DNA from: an uncultured Thermomicrobium sp.
GTDB taxonomy: Bacteria > Chloroflexota > Chloroflexia > Thermomicrobiales > Thermomicrobiaceae
Reading direction: 5' to 3'
Assembly: GCA_938028665.1 (NCBI GenBank)
Contig: CALIMB010000002.1
Coordinates: 33,258-97,257, forward strand
DNA length: 64,000 nucleotides
Below the pieces are notes generated by a model, which saw only the letters and a list, made by a program, of their open reading frames with translations, was not told the origin of the DNA and searched no databases. Positions 26,542 to 36,994 of this stretch are shown one piece after another (position 1 is the stretch's first letter; the number at the start of each line of letters is the position of its first letter). Made by a program: the position numbers and the translations under genes.

Positions 26542-28473
26542 TTAGCGACGGAGTGTCGATGTAACCGTGATCGTTGTCGTCCGGCTGTTGTCGGCTGGGT
26601 TCGCATCCCCGCTGAGCGGAGCGGAGGCAGTCAGGGTATAGGTTCCAGGCATAGTACGGCTGTTTGTGCGCCAGGTGAAGCTGAGCGTTTGCGCCTGGCC
26701 AGGATTAAGGGTGACCTTACTGGAGACTGTCCCCGTGGCAGGATTGCGTGGATCGGTGCTCAGGGTGACAGTGATACTGACGCTGCTCGTGCCGCGGTTC
26801 ATCACTGTGACGGTAACCTGGGCGCTCTGCCCGCGGCTGAGGCTAGAGGGTGCGCTGAGCTCTGTAATCGCAACGTCGAGGACCTGTTGTGTGACGGTAA
26901 CTGTGATGCTCCTCTCGTTGTCACTTGGGTCTGCATCGTCACCGGAAATGGTGGCGGTAGCCTGGAGCGTATAGGTGCCGGCACTCGTCGGCTGCCACCG
27001 GAAACTGACCGTGGAGGTTGCGCCAGCTGCCAGTGAGAGGCTGCGGGGTGATCCGACCGTCGTGTCGTTTGCGGCAAGAGTAACGGTCACGGTCTCGTTC
27101 GTCGTTCCCTTGTTGCGCACCGTTACCTGGATGGTCGCGCTGCTTCCGGCTGTGAGCAGACTTGGCGCGCTCAGATCGGTGACCGCGACGTCCCGCGTGG
27201 CTGGCGGGGTAGCACTACCGGAGTCGCTGCCTGAGTTACTGTCGTTCGAACGGTTCCCACCCCAGTCGACGCGGACGAGTCGCTGTCCATAGTTGTCCCA
27301 TGGACCAGCTTCGCCGACCGAGGAGAGGAAGCTACGGACCTGTTCTGGTGAGGCGCCAGAGTTCTGAGCCAAATAGAGTGCTGCAGCTCCCGCAACGTGT
27401 GGCGTGGCCATGCTCGTACCGCTCCAGCGCTGATAACCGCCGCCAGGAACGGTGGAGAGGATTGAGACACCAGGGGCATAGAGGTCGACGGCAATGCCGT
27501 AATTTGAGAATGAGGCGCGGGTATCATCGGCTCCGTAGCTTGTACTCGGCCCGAGCCCGCCGGGTTTTCCGTCGGTATCCACAATTGCGCCGACGGTAAT
27601 CGGTTCGGGATAGGCGGCTGGAATGGTGTTGCTGGCGTCGCGTCCATCGTTGCCGGCCGCCACGACGAGTGTCACGCCGGCCTGGACAACGCGGCAGACT
27701 GCTTGGTGCAAGGGGTCGCTCGTTCCGCCGCAGTTTGGTGTATCGGTGCCACTTGCACCGCCACTATAGTTGGCGACACGGATTGTGTCCGCCTTGCTGG
27801 CTACCCAATTGAGTCCACAGATAAGCCAGGAAACATAGCCTGTCCCGTTGTCTCCGAATACCTTGACGGCCCACAGGCGTGCTCCAGGCGCGACGCCAAC
27901 GACTCCGAAGCCGTTGTCACGTGCGCCGATGATTCCGGCGACATGTGTTCCATGCCCGTGGCGATCAACCCAGCTGCCGCTGCCGGAACAGTCGTAACCC
28001 CCGACGACATTAAGATCAGGGTGGCTTGGGTCAATGCCGGTGTCCAGGACTGCAACGTCGATCGGGAGTGGGTCATCGATACCGTCGATCTTGGCCACCG
28101 CGTTTGTCAGTGTGCCGATTCGTTGGACGCCAGAGGGTACGGTTTGTGCCGCAAGGTGTGTCTCGACATCCGGGACGATGGCGGTGACCTGCCTCGTCTG
28201 GAGGAGCCGCTTCACTTGCCGCGGCGTGAGATACCCAGCAAATCCGTGGAGGACGGTATCGTACACTTGCTCCGGCTGTGCACCAACTTCCTGTGCGAGT
28301 GCCTGGGCCTGGCTGCGGCGCACCGGCGCAAAGGTACTTGTCTCGCTCGTGGCGAGCATGACGATGTAGCGGGCTGGTGGCCCGTCGGCGCTGACAGCCG
28401 CACTCGTTGCCATAGAGAGTTGGAAAATGAGCAACAGCCCTATCGTGAAGCGGATCCAGTGATGCACGACCAT
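26542..28473 (-). CDS. secreted subtilisin-like (S8) serine protease with two C-terminal CARDB/Ig-like domains
   Basis: The D/H/S triad motifs are present: VAVLDTGID, HGTHVAGIIGA, GTSMATPHVAGAAAL. Two ~100-aa repeats follow (DVAVTDLSAP...TVTV / DVAITELSAP...TVTV). ATG 28473 is preceded by GGGAGG (ORF track lists 28503). Confidence 0.9.
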   Translation of the reverse strand: MVVHHWIRFTIGLLLIFQLSMATSAAVSADGPPARYIVMLATSETSTFAPVRRSQAQALAQEVGAQPEQVYDTVLHGFAGYLTPRQVKRLLQTRQVTAIVPDVETHLAAQTVPSGVQRIGTLTNAVAKIDGIDDPLPIDVAVLDTGIDPSHPDLNVVGGYDCSGSGSWVDRHGHGTHVAGIIGARDNGFGVVGVAPGARLWAVKVFGDNGTGYVSWLICGLNWVASKADTIRVANYSGGASGTDTPNCGGTSDPLHQAVCRVVQAGVTLVVAAGNDGRDASNTIPAAYPEPITVGAIVDTDGKPGGLGPSTSYGADDTRASFSNYGIAVDLYAPGVSILSTVPGGGYQRWSGTSMATPHVAGAAALYLAQNSGASPEQVRSFLSSVGEAGPWDNYGQRLVRVDWGGNRSNDSNSGSDSGSATPPATRDVAVTDLSAPSLLTAGSSATIQVTVRNKGTTNETVTVTLAANDTTVGSPRSLSLAAGATSTVSFRWQPTSAGTYTLQATATISGDDADPSDNERSITVTVTQQVLDVAITELSAPSSLSRGQSAQVTVTVMNRGTSSVSITVTLSTDPRNPATGTVSSKVTLNPGQAQTLSFTWRTNSRTMPGTYTLTASAPLSGDANPADNSRTTTITVTSTLRR

Positions 28474-28626
28474 GAGACCTCCCGTCACATATCGGCCGCG
28501 CACGGTCTCTGTTTGAGGAAGGTCGGTTGCTGCTTTGGGGAGGCAGAGATAGTAGAAGTCCGGAGTGGTCCTGGGTGATTGCGAATAGAGAGCACTAGTA
28601 TCTACGGATCAGGAGAGAAGATCTGA

Positions 28627-29370
28627 TTACGGAGTCCTAGACGTATAGGATTCGTGGTGGATACCGTGTTTATCCCGTGGCGTGACCTGCCCGGGAAGGG
28701 CAGGCTCAAATCGGTCTAGTGTCCGTTTGAGCACCGGTGGTGAGATTGTGCGTGCAGCCGGTGGGGAAGCGAGTATCCACCTGCCAAGCAGCCCCTCCCC
28801 GGGATTCAGTGAGGTTCTTGGAGCAGGGTCTCCCACGCAAAGACAGGTTCGGCGAAATGCTTGCGCCACACGATGACGCCATGCAGGAAAGCCGGTTGTG
28901 CTTCCGCTTGCCCAAGATAACTTGCCGCCAGTCATTCAAGGGTCCTTTTCATCAGTTGGCCTTGGCGGGAAGGGCTGCAAACTCCCGGAGTGCTCGGTCG
29001 CTGTCTTGGAGAGCAGTTGAGGTTGGCCAAGGTGGAGAGGAGTGGATGGCCTGTTCCTTGCGAAGACACGAGCGCTCGTGGGAGAAGTGACAGCTGCGGT
29101 GCACTTGTCCTGCCAAGCACACGTGCCGTGTTTGTGCCAAGCTTTCCGTCTCACCCGGAGGTGAATACGCATGGGACGGTGTGCTTTCGCAGGGCGATGG
29201 AGGGGTCTTACTCTCCACCAAAACAACAGAAGCGCCTTGGGTCATACCGCACACGATGCCGGTGGCAGAAGGGGTAAGCAGCCGGTGGAACTGTTTGTGC
29301 AGGCGCGTTGCTCACGGCTCATGCACTGGTGTGGAGACAACATCCGAAGACGAGGAAGTCTGACACTGAC
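28627..29370 (+). pseudogene. decayed IS5-family transposase (DUF4096 N-domain plus DDE) remnant
   Basis: Fragments were read across three frames, with stops between them. They are RRIGFVVDTVFIPWRDLPGKGRLKSV*CPFEHRW (PWRDLP...RFxRW hallmark); GGEIVRAAGGEA (cf. DSTIVRAHQHAAGA); EVLGAGSPTQRQ (cf. EALGRSRGGLTTK); LALAGRAANSRSARSL (cf. VLADKGYDSDALR); and SRWNCLCRRVAHGS (cf. VERFFNRLKQFRRIATRY). No inverted repeats identified. Confidence 0.5.
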
Positions 29371-29552
29371 CGGTGGCTCTTCCTATGCTGGAGGGCAAGA
29401 TGTCTATGAGTAGTCGCGATGTGCCGCAGAGGAGAAGAAGCTGGCAACAATTTTGTTGACCAGGAGATGAGGGCATCCCCGGCAGGATCGACAAGGGTGC
29501 CTGCGGCCGCGAGCTGCTGGATGCGGGCAGAGGACTGTACTCATTGCGGTGT

Positions 29553-29846
29553 TTAGGAAAATGGGAGGTTGTCGTCCTCTCCGTCGAGGAAATCGAAGGT
29601 ATTTGCTGATCCTGAGTATCCGAGAAATCCGGTTTGTAACTGCGAGATCTGGAGTTCTGCCTGATCAAGCACTTCGTTGCAACGGCGAATGAGCTCGATT
29701 CCACGCTGATACTCGCGGATTGCTTCGGCCAGGGGGAGGTCACCGGCTTCCAGCCTTTGGACGATGGACTCTACCTCACTCACCATCTCTTCAAAGAGGT
29801 CGATCGGATGTGGTGGGACAGCAGCACTGTCAGTGTGCTCAGCCAT
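29553..29846 (-). CDS. xseB: exodeoxyribonuclease VII small subunit
   Basis: FEEMVSEVESIVQRLEAGDLPLAEAIREYQRGIELIRRCNEVLDQAE. ATG 29846 is preceded by GGGAGGGGG and overlaps the xseA stop by 8 nt. The ORF-track start 29936 is an extension. Confidence 0.85.
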   Translation of the reverse strand: MAEHTDSAAVPPHPIDLFEEMVSEVESIVQRLEAGDLPLAEAIREYQRGIELIRRCNEVLDQAELQISQLQTGFLGYSGSANTFDFLDGEDDNLPFS

Positions 29847-31077
29847 GAGATCCCCCTCCCGTTCCCTTTGGCTGAACCGCCTGTACAGATGTCTCAGCAG
29901 TGCCGTCGCTGAAGAGGAGTCGGAGTCGTTGACCAATCGTCACTTGGATGGTCGACCGAACGAGATCACCACTGGCGATGTCCTCAGCGAGGAGATAGCC
30001 ACGCTCGAGGGGGCCATAGGGGTTTAGGAGCCCGAGTTCGCGGGCACATGTGCGAACATGGTGACGTGCACGGAGCAGGTGCTGTGTGATTGCCCGATCA
30101 AGCCGCTGCGCCGACTGATCAAGGCGCTGCCGGAGGTTGTCCATGCGATGACGCGGAGCCGTGCGCTGAAGCCGATGCTCGAGTTGGTGTACGCGTTCGC
30201 GTGATGCCTGGATCTGTTGAGCGATTCGCTCGTTGAGGCGATCCGAGAAGCCTTGTAGCCAGTTGAGGAGTGTTGTGCGATCGTAGGGTGTGACGAGTTC
30301 CGCAGCTGCAGAGGGGGTCGGTGCACGGACGTCAGCGACATAGTCGCAGATCGTCCAGTCGGTCTGATGACCGATCGCCGAGACAACCGGTATGCGACAA
30401 GCGAAGACGGTTCGGGCGAGCCGCTCATCATTGAAGCACCAGAGGTCCTCGAACGATCCACCCCCGCGCGCGATGATGACAACCTGTGCCCGCCCGTCGG
30501 CTTGGACAGTTTGGAGCGCTGCAATAAGCGACTCAACTGCGCCGTCACCTTGGACACGCGCTGGGGCAAGAATCAGGTGTGCATAAGGATAGCGGCGACG
30601 GAGGATGCTCTGGATATCATGCCAGACTGCACCGTGTGGCGAGGTGACCACGGCGATGTAGCGGGGAAGCGGTGGCAGTGTGCGCTTGCGTGTCTGGTCA
30701 AATAGTCCCTCACGCTCCAGTTTTTGTTTCAAGAGCTCGAACTGGAGCCGCAAAGCTCCATCACCTAGCGGTTCGAGGTGGTCGACATACAATTGGTACG
30801 TTCCCTCACGCTCGTAGATGCCGATCGAGCCTGTCGCCACAACCTCGTCACCGTCACGTGGGAGATAGGGAAGCCACTGAGCAGTGCTCCGGAAGAGGAC
30901 GCAGCGGAGTTGCGCTTCTCCTTCACGTAAGCTGAAGTACCAATGCCCGCTGGCATAAGTCCGAGCGTTGGTGATTTCGCCGCGCACGCGCACGAACTGA
31001 AGCTCGGGTTGAGTCTCAAGGAGATCTTTAATCCGCTGCGTCAACTCGGCGACGCCAATTGCCTCGCCCCAGAGCAC
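29839..31077 (-). CDS. xseA: exodeoxyribonuclease VII large subunit
   Basis: OB-fold N-terminus (VRVRGEITNARTYASGHWYFSLRE), catalytic core (IAVVTSPHGAVWHDI, IIARGGGSFEDLWCFNDE) and a helical C-terminus. Confidence 0.9.
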   Translation of the reverse strand: MLWGEAIGVAELTQRIKDLLETQPELQFVRVRGEITNARTYASGHWYFSLREGEAQLRCVLFRSTAQWLPYLPRDGDEVVATGSIGIYEREGTYQLYVDHLEPLGDGALRLQFELLKQKLEREGLFDQTRKRTLPPLPRYIAVVTSPHGAVWHDIQSILRRRYPYAHLILAPARVQGDGAVESLIAALQTVQADGRAQVVIIARGGGSFEDLWCFNDERLARTVFACRIPVVSAIGHQTDWTICDYVADVRAPTPSAAAELVTPYDRTTLLNWLQGFSDRLNERIAQQIQASRERVHQLEHRLQRTAPRHRMDNLRQRLDQSAQRLDRAITQHLLRARHHVRTCARELGLLNPYGPLERGYLLAEDIASGDLVRSTIQVTIGQRLRLLFSDGTAETSVQAVQPKGTGGGSHG

Positions 31078-31092
31078 GCTATCCTCCGTGCG

Positions 31093-31572
31093 CTAGTCTG
31101 GTCGGAAGCGCATCAGTGGCTGTCCGTATTCTACCGGTTGCCCGTTCTCAGCGAGAATCTCGACGATTGTCCCAGCACGTTCAGCGACGATCTCGTTCAT
31201 CACCTTCATCGCTTCGATGATCGCCACCACTTGCCCCGGCTCAACATGATCTCCGATTCGAACGAATGGATCCGCACCAGGACGTGGTGCGGCGTAAAAG
31301 GTACCAACCATTGGTGCAGCGATCGTCTCGAGTTGCTCGGGTGGAGGTGCTTCTGGTGCTGGAGTCATGACGGGAATGGTGGCAATGCCCATACTGGCTG
31401 GCGCTGTCGAGGGGACGGGAGCTGACTCGAGGGTGATCCGGAGATCGCCCTGGGCCACCTCGAGGCGCTGGAGTCCAGCGGCACGCATCACTTCCACGAG
31501 TTCGCGCACCACTTGCATCAAGGCCACGTAGTTGTGGCCACGAGCTGACTCCGCGTGTGGGTTTTCCGTCAT
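31093..31572 (-). CDS. accB: acetyl-CoA carboxylase biotin carboxyl carrier protein
   Basis: Ala/Pro linker, then the biotinyl-lysine motif [11 protein letters not shown]. Confidence 0.85.
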   Translation of the reverse strand: MTENPHAESARGHNYVALMQVVRELVEVMRAAGLQRLEVAQGDLRITLESAPVPSTAPASMGIATIPVMTPAPEAPPPEQLETIAAPMVGTFYAAPRPGADPFVRIGDHVEPGQVVAIIEAMKVMNEIVAERAGTIVEILAENGQPVEYGQPLMRFRPD

Positions 31573-31574
31573 CG

Positions 31575-32135
31575 CTAGCTCACCCGCTCGATGTACTCGC
31601 CGGTACGCGTATCGACACGGACGACATCACCAACTTCGACAAAGAAGGGGACGGTCACAACGAGTCCTGTTTCCAGTGTCGCTGGCTTACCACCGCCCGA
31701 CTGTGTGTCACCGCGCACGCCCGGCGGTGTCTCAACGACCGTGAGGTCGACCGTGACGGGCAGTTCTACCTCGACCGGCTGTCCCTCATAGGTGAGAAGA
31801 TCAAGCTGCAGCCCCTCCTTGAGGTAGTTGACAGCATCTCCGAGTGCTTCACGATCGACCGCAAATTGTTCGAAAGTCTCGGTGTCCATGAAGTGGTATT
31901 GGCCGGCGTCCTCGTAGAGGAACTGCACGCGGTGCCGCTCGAGTGGAGCGAGCTCGAAACGTGAGCCGGCCTGGACCGTCGTGGTGGTCGTTGCTCCAGT
32001 ACGGAGATTCCTGAGGGTCAAGCGGACGAAGGCACTGCCACGTCCCATCTTGACGTGCTGGAAGTCCAGCACACGCACGAGTTCACCGTCGACGAGTAGT
32101 GTGAGTCCTTTGCGCAGATCACCCGTCTCGATCAT
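31575..32135 (-). CDS. efp: elongation factor P
   Basis: [50 protein letters not shown] 32135 is preceded by AGGGGGA (ORF track lists 32183). Confidence 0.95.
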   Translation of the reverse strand: MIETGDLRKGLTLLVDGELVRVLDFQHVKMGRGSAFVRLTLRNLRTGATTTTTVQAGSRFELAPLERHRVQFLYEDAGQYHFMDTETFEQFAVDREALGDAVNYLKEGLQLDLLTYEGQPVEVELPVTVDLTVVETPPGVRGDTQSGGGKPATLETGLVVTVPFFVEVGDVVRVDTRTGEYIERVS

Positions 32136-32218
32136 ACAGCATTCCCCCTGCTGAGCCTGCTGTGAACCATCTCTTTTTCGCAACAGTATACGGTCGTCTC
32201 TCCGTTGGGGACGAGGTA

Positions 32219-33322
32219 TCAGCCTCCCGGGAGGCTGATGCGCTTCGGCGTTTGGGTCAAGACGTCAGCACCATATTCCCGGATCACCGCCAGGTCCTCG
32301 ATGCGAACGCCACCCCAGCCGGGGAGATAGATACCGGGCTCGATTGTCACCACGTGGCCTGGCTCGAGGGCTTGCTCCGAGGCCGGTGAGAGCGACGGTG
32401 CCTCGTGCACGCGAACGCCGACGCCGTGGCCGAGCGAGTGGGTAAATGCATCGCCGTACCCGGCGCGCGTAATGACTTCCCGGGCCAATGCATCGGCTTC
32501 ACGACCAGTCATGCCGGGTCGGATCCCCCGCTCAGCTGCCTCAAGCGCCTCGAGGACAACTGTAAAGATCTGCTCCAACTGGTTGTCCGCCTGACCGAGC
32601 CACACAGTACGGGTGAGGTCAGCGCAATACCCCCCGACGACGGCGCCGAGGTCAATGACGATCGGCTCTCCTACCGCGATTGGCCGTTGGGTGGGACGGT
32701 AGTGGGGCAAGGCAGCGTGCGGCCCGGATGCCACGGCAATCGGAAAAGCCGTTCCGTCAGCACCAGCCTCCACGAGTGCTCGCTCCAACCGGAGTGCCAC
32801 CTCGCGCTCGGTGAGACCGGGACGGAGTTCGGTCAGAACGGCTTGTAGAGCGGTGTCAGTGATCGCTTGCGCCTGTTTGATCCACTCGATCTCGTCCGGC
32901 ATCTTCAGTGCGCGTAAGTCATCAACCAGCGTACCCACGGGAACCAGCTCTGCGTCTGCGCCAAGTGTCTCTTGCAGGACCCGAACGTCGCGGAAAAGAA
33001 TCGCGCGATCTTCAAAGCCGATGCGGCGGGCACCAAGCTCCCGCAGAACTGTTGCATCACCCCGTGCAAAGTCTCGTTCCCGGTCAAAGATACGGTACCC
33101 ATGGGCTTCCTGGTGGGCGAGGGCGCTGTTGAGGCGGCTCGTTACCAAGATTGCTTCATCCTGGCTGATCACCAGGTGCCCAGCCGATTCGTTGGGAGGG
33201 ATGTCCTCGCCAGTAAAGCCACTCAGCCAGAAGCGATTTGAGGGGTGCGTGATGACAATAGCATCGAGTTCCTGTTCGCGGAGTCGTTCGCGGAGCCGGG
33301 CGAGTCGCATCTCAGTCTTCAC
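32219..33322 (-). CDS. M24-family Xaa-Pro aminopeptidase/dipeptidase
   Basis: Creatinase-like N-domain plus pita-bread metal ligands ([37 protein letters not shown]). Sits in the conserved aroQ-peptidase-efp arrangement. Confidence 0.9.
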   Translation of the reverse strand: MKTEMRLARLRERLREQELDAIVITHPSNRFWLSGFTGEDIPPNESAGHLVISQDEAILVTSRLNSALAHQEAHGYRIFDRERDFARGDATVLRELGARRIGFEDRAILFRDVRVLQETLGADAELVPVGTLVDDLRALKMPDEIEWIKQAQAITDTALQAVLTELRPGLTEREVALRLERALVEAGADGTAFPIAVASGPHAALPHYRPTQRPIAVGEPIVIDLGAVVGGYCADLTRTVWLGQADNQLEQIFTVVLEALEAAERGIRPGMTGREADALAREVITRAGYGDAFTHSLGHGVGVRVHEAPSLSPASEQALEPGHVVTIEPGIYLPGWGGVRIEDLAVIREYGADVLTQTPKRISLPGG

Positions 33323-33783
33323 TTGGCTACTCCTTCCGCGCGTTGTATCAAGTAAGAAACCGCAAATTCGTAGCTCATTGGACCGAAGCCACAGATCTGG
33401 CCGACCGCAACTGGCGCGATGACCGAATGGTGACGGAACGGCTCCCGCGCGTGGATGTTGGAAAGGTGGACCTCGACCGTCGGTGCCGGAACTGCTGCGA
33501 CGGCATCGCGCAAGGCGATACTGTAGTGCGTCAGTGCACCGGGATTAAGCACAATCCCCGCAACTTCCCAGCCATAGCGCTGGATCAGGTCGACCAATTC
33601 TCCCTCATGGTTCGACTGTGCCGTAATCACCTCGTAGCCGTGTGCGGCAGCAAGCTCACGGAGCCGTTGGTCGATCTCGGCCAACGTCGTTGTCCCGTAG
33701 ATTTCAGGCTCACGCCGCCCGAGCAAGTTGAGGTTTGGTCCGTGCAGCACAAGGAGACGCTTTGGAGTACTCACCGAATCCAT
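33319..33783 (-). CDS. aroQ: type II 3-dehydroquinate dehydratase
   Basis: [30 protein letters not shown] and [13 protein letters not shown] motifs. 4-nt overlap with the downstream peptidase gene. Confidence 0.95.
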   Translation of the reverse strand: MDSVSTPKRLLVLHGPNLNLLGRREPEIYGTTTLAEIDQRLRELAAAHGYEVITAQSNHEGELVDLIQRYGWEVAGIVLNPGALTHYSIALRDAVAAVPAPTVEVHLSNIHAREPFRHHSVIAPVAVGQICGFGPMSYEFAVSYLIQRAEGVAK

Positions 33784-35444
33784 CCCTTCGCTCGCACGAG
33801 ATCGGTGCCAAGGAGCCCCAGGAGTACTTGGTACGGCTCCGGGTTGTCCGGATGGTACTCGAAACGTGCCCGCTCGAAGTACTGCACGGTTAGTCCGGTC
33901 GTCGGATCACGAAACGGCTCGGAAATCGGATAGCCAAACAGCGCGACCGACTCGCGGAAGGAGATCCCGGGATCGCCAAACTCCAGGCCGTGCGACTGCC
34001 AGTAGGTAAGGAAGGGTTCACAAAGCGTGTGGCGAGTTTCGGGGAAAAAGCGGCAGCCGGGGGCTGCGGCGTCGGCAGCCACTGGTTGGAACGGCTGACT
34101 GCTGAGCAATCCGCGTCGTTGTGCGTCCTCTGCCCCGAGGCGGCCAAGTTGCACTTCGTAAGGGGTCCCCCGGAGTTCAGGGTGGTATTCGAAGCGCTGT
34201 CGCTCGAAGTATTGGACGGTAAACGGCCGTCCGAGATCAGGATTCATCTCCGTGAATTCCTCAGTCAGCGGATATCCGAAAATCGGTAGGCCACCACCCC
34301 GTTCCCAGAACGCTTTGAAGGCAAAGGAGAGGGAATGGCCAGTTTCTGGAAAGTAACGCCGCTCGGGCGTGGAAGGGAACGCTGGGATACGTGTGGCAGG
34401 GGTGCGCAGGCGAGCTAGCTCGCTCCAGACGGCAGGATCCTCATGACCGAGTCGCCAGAGGGCGACGCCAGCCAGGCCGCGGTCCAATGCCAGCTTGAGG
34501 CGCGCGGTCACGCTGCGGACGTCAGCGTGCCAGACCTCATGCTGGTGCCCCTGCTCGTCGGTGTAGCGGAGCCAGGCTTCCTGCTCTGTCTCGTCGTATC
34601 CAGTCGTTGCGCCAGGACGCCGCTGCAGTTCCTGGACCTGGTCAAAACGGACAGAGCGTGCTGGCGGACCAGCCGTGAGATTCCAGTCGTACCCGTAAAG
34701 CGGGATACCGAGAATGAGCTTCTCTGGCGGAATGCGTGTCGTCACATAGGTAACCACCCGCTGCACCCATGTCAGCGGAGCGACCGGGCCAGGTGTGCCA
34801 CCAGCATAGTGGAAATCATAAGCCATCACGATAATGTAGTCATTTACTTCTGAGAGGGCTTGATAGTCATACGCACCACCCCAAGTCGTCGGCGTGTCTG
34901 AGGTGCGGGCGATGACAGCCTGAGTCACTAACTTTCCGCGCGGATGGAGCTGGGCTGCAAGTTCCCGCATGAAAGCCGTGAGATGGGGTGCATCGCTTGC
35001 GTTGACTGCCTCGAAGTCGATGTGAATCCCGTGGTAACCGCGCTGCTCCACCAACGTGACAAGTCGAGCAATAATAGCAGCCCGTCGCTGTGGGTCAGCA
35101 ATGAGCGGCGTAAATTCGTTCCAGCGCGGTACGTTCTTAATCATCGGCACAATAGTGAGCCCACTTTGGCGCAGGAAGGTATCAGCTGTCGGATCACTCA
35201 GCTCTTCGATCGAGCCATCAGCGCGCAGTTGGAAAAAATACGGTGAGACGATGTCGAGTGCGCCGAGGTGGTTCTGAAGCGTTGTCCACGATGTCCGGTC
35301 GTAGGTGACGTAATAGCCCCACCGGAGGAAGGAAGGTGAGGCACGGACAGCTGGTGCTCCTGCGAGAGCAGAGACGACGTTGAACGCGACGGTCAGGGCG
35401 AGTGCAAGGCGGAGAACAGACCTCCGGTGATGTGTGTGGTCCAA
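33771..35444 (-). CDS. secreted GH18-like (chitinase/YaaH-like) protein with two C-terminal YFERxRFEYHP modules
   Basis: Signal peptide. GH18 catalytic block GIHIDFEAV (DxE). The C-terminal ~190 aa hold two copies of YFPETGHxL...GYPxxEpF...TVQYFERxRFEYHP...LGxLG. TTG start preceded by AAGGGGG. Confidence 0.8.
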   Translation of the reverse strand: MDHTHHRRSVLRLALALTVAFNVVSALAGAPAVRASPSFLRWGYYVTYDRTSWTTLQNHLGALDIVSPYFFQLRADGSIEELSDPTADTFLRQSGLTIVPMIKNVPRWNEFTPLIADPQRRAAIIARLVTLVEQRGYHGIHIDFEAVNASDAPHLTAFMRELAAQLHPRGKLVTQAVIARTSDTPTTWGGAYDYQALSEVNDYIIVMAYDFHYAGGTPGPVAPLTWVQRVVTYVTTRIPPEKLILGIPLYGYDWNLTAGPPARSVRFDQVQELQRRPGATTGYDETEQEAWLRYTDEQGHQHEVWHADVRSVTARLKLALDRGLAGVALWRLGHEDPAVWSELARLRTPATRIPAFPSTPERRYFPETGHSLSFAFKAFWERGGGLPIFGYPLTEEFTEMNPDLGRPFTVQYFERQRFEYHPELRGTPYEVQLGRLGAEDAQRRGLLSSQPFQPVAADAAAPGCRFFPETRHTLCEPFLTYWQSHGLEFGDPGISFRESVALFGYPISEPFRDPTTGLTVQYFERARFEYHPDNPEPYQVLLGLLGTDLVRAKGWIR

Positions 35445-35467
35445 AGTTTCCCCCTTTCCGGATGTGC

Positions 35468-36691
35468 TTAACCACGCGGTGCGACCTGCGCCGCCACCGC
35501 AGCGACCGTTACCGTGATCTTGACCGGTTCAGCAAGTCCCTCGAATGTCGCCGTTCCGTGGAAGCGGATGACCGGCGTGAGGTAACGTGCACTACCTTGT
35601 CCAGCATCGACCCAGGCGAGATGCGCGCTTTCGATGCGGGCGGTGCCGTGGAGTGGGAGGCTCGCTTGCGTAAAGATGCTCTCGTCCACCTCGATCGTCC
35701 CACGGCCACTTACGACATCTTGCCACAGTGCTTCCGCTGGGCGGAGGCTGTAGGTGGAGGGTTCGAGTGCCGCCGGCCAAGCCACGAATGCCTGGCGAAC
35801 AGACCCATCGGTAGCGATTGCCACAGTTGCACCGGGAAGAGCTGAGAGAACTGGTGTCGGTTCTGCCGGACCGAAGAGGACGATTGCCAGCCCAGCCTCT
35901 GGGAGGTGCTCACGCACCTTCCCTTCGTCGAGGGGCGTCGTCACGAGACCGTGCTGCTCGAGCCAGCTGCGGGCTGCTGCGACGAGGAACTCGTCAGGTG
36001 GGGATGCGGTCGGACTTGGAGTGGTTGTCGGAGTTCTCTCCGCGGGTTGTGTCCCTCCTATGGTTGGAGTTGCTGCTTGGTACTGAAGAGTGAGATCACT
36101 GACCACGAGTTGACCGGCGGCACTCCGCACGAGAAATCCACCACCAGGCGTGCTGACGACCTCACCGTCGATGCCCAGGGCGCGAGCAAGGGTAGCCACA
36201 CTCGTCTGATCCCAATGACGGGGGACCAATCGATACACGGGCGCCTCTGCAGGCAGCGTCCCCAGGTCGAAGCCGAGCTCGTACTGTAACGTTAGCTGAC
36301 TCGGCGGATAGGCAGGCTGTGGAAGATTGGGTGCAGGGAGCTCACCAAATGCTCCCACCACCACCGGGGGTGGTGGTGTTGGGGATGGTGTCGGGGAGCC
36401 CAAGGGAGACGGAGTAGCAAACTCAGTGGACACTGGTGTTTCCCCACCGGCAGCTGGCGCAGTTGGAGTGACGACAGAAAGTGGTGAGCCTGGTTCGACC
36501 GTAATGGGTGAGGGTATTAGAGCGGAAGAGGGCTCCCGCACAAGGCCACGGATTGCCCAGGCGGCGACGAGAAGCATCGCAATGAGGGCGAGTGCACCGA
36601 AAATGACAGGACCTCGCGACTGGCCACGGGCGGCTGTGGGTGCCGGTCTCCGAGAGTGGTTTCTGTTGGGTCTCCGCCGTGCACCACTCAT
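35468..36691 (-). CDS. hypothetical membrane-anchored extracytoplasmic protein with Pro/Thr-rich linkers
   Basis: Basic N-terminus and a single TM (VIFGALALIAMLLVAAWAI), then P/T/S-rich spacers and two globular regions. ATG 36691 is preceded by GGGGAGGG (ORF track lists 36847). No family recognised. Confidence 0.6.
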   Translation of the reverse strand: MSGARRRPNRNHSRRPAPTAARGQSRGPVIFGALALIAMLLVAAWAIRGLVREPSSALIPSPITVEPGSPLSVVTPTAPAAGGETPVSTEFATPSPLGSPTPSPTPPPPVVVGAFGELPAPNLPQPAYPPSQLTLQYELGFDLGTLPAEAPVYRLVPRHWDQTSVATLARALGIDGEVVSTPGGGFLVRSAAGQLVVSDLTLQYQAATPTIGGTQPAERTPTTTPSPTASPPDEFLVAAARSWLEQHGLVTTPLDEGKVREHLPEAGLAIVLFGPAEPTPVLSALPGATVAIATDGSVRQAFVAWPAALEPSTYSLRPAEALWQDVVSGRGTIEVDESIFTQASLPLHGTARIESAHLAWVDAGQGSARYLTPVIRFHGTATFEGLAEPVKITVTVAAVAAQVAPRG

Positions 36692-36994
36692 CACGACCCT
36701 CCCCTTCCCGCTCGTTTCCAGAGCGTACCACTGTGAGGGCTTACTGAGCATTCCAGGGACGAAGGGTCGCGACTCTTGTACATGGCTGGTCCCTGCGTAT
36801 CGGCAGTGCTCGTAAAAAGTCTGCTCTCCCACTTCATAGGGGAACACGGAAGAAGGGGCAGCCAGGCGGGCTCTCTGCTTGCACGATTGACCGGCGTGCT
36901 AGTGACCAGTGGTACGAGGGTTTCTGTCAATGTGACACTGGGGAGCTGAGCGTCATGGTGACCAGCTCCCCGCAAGATTCTGTTTCTTGAGTTG

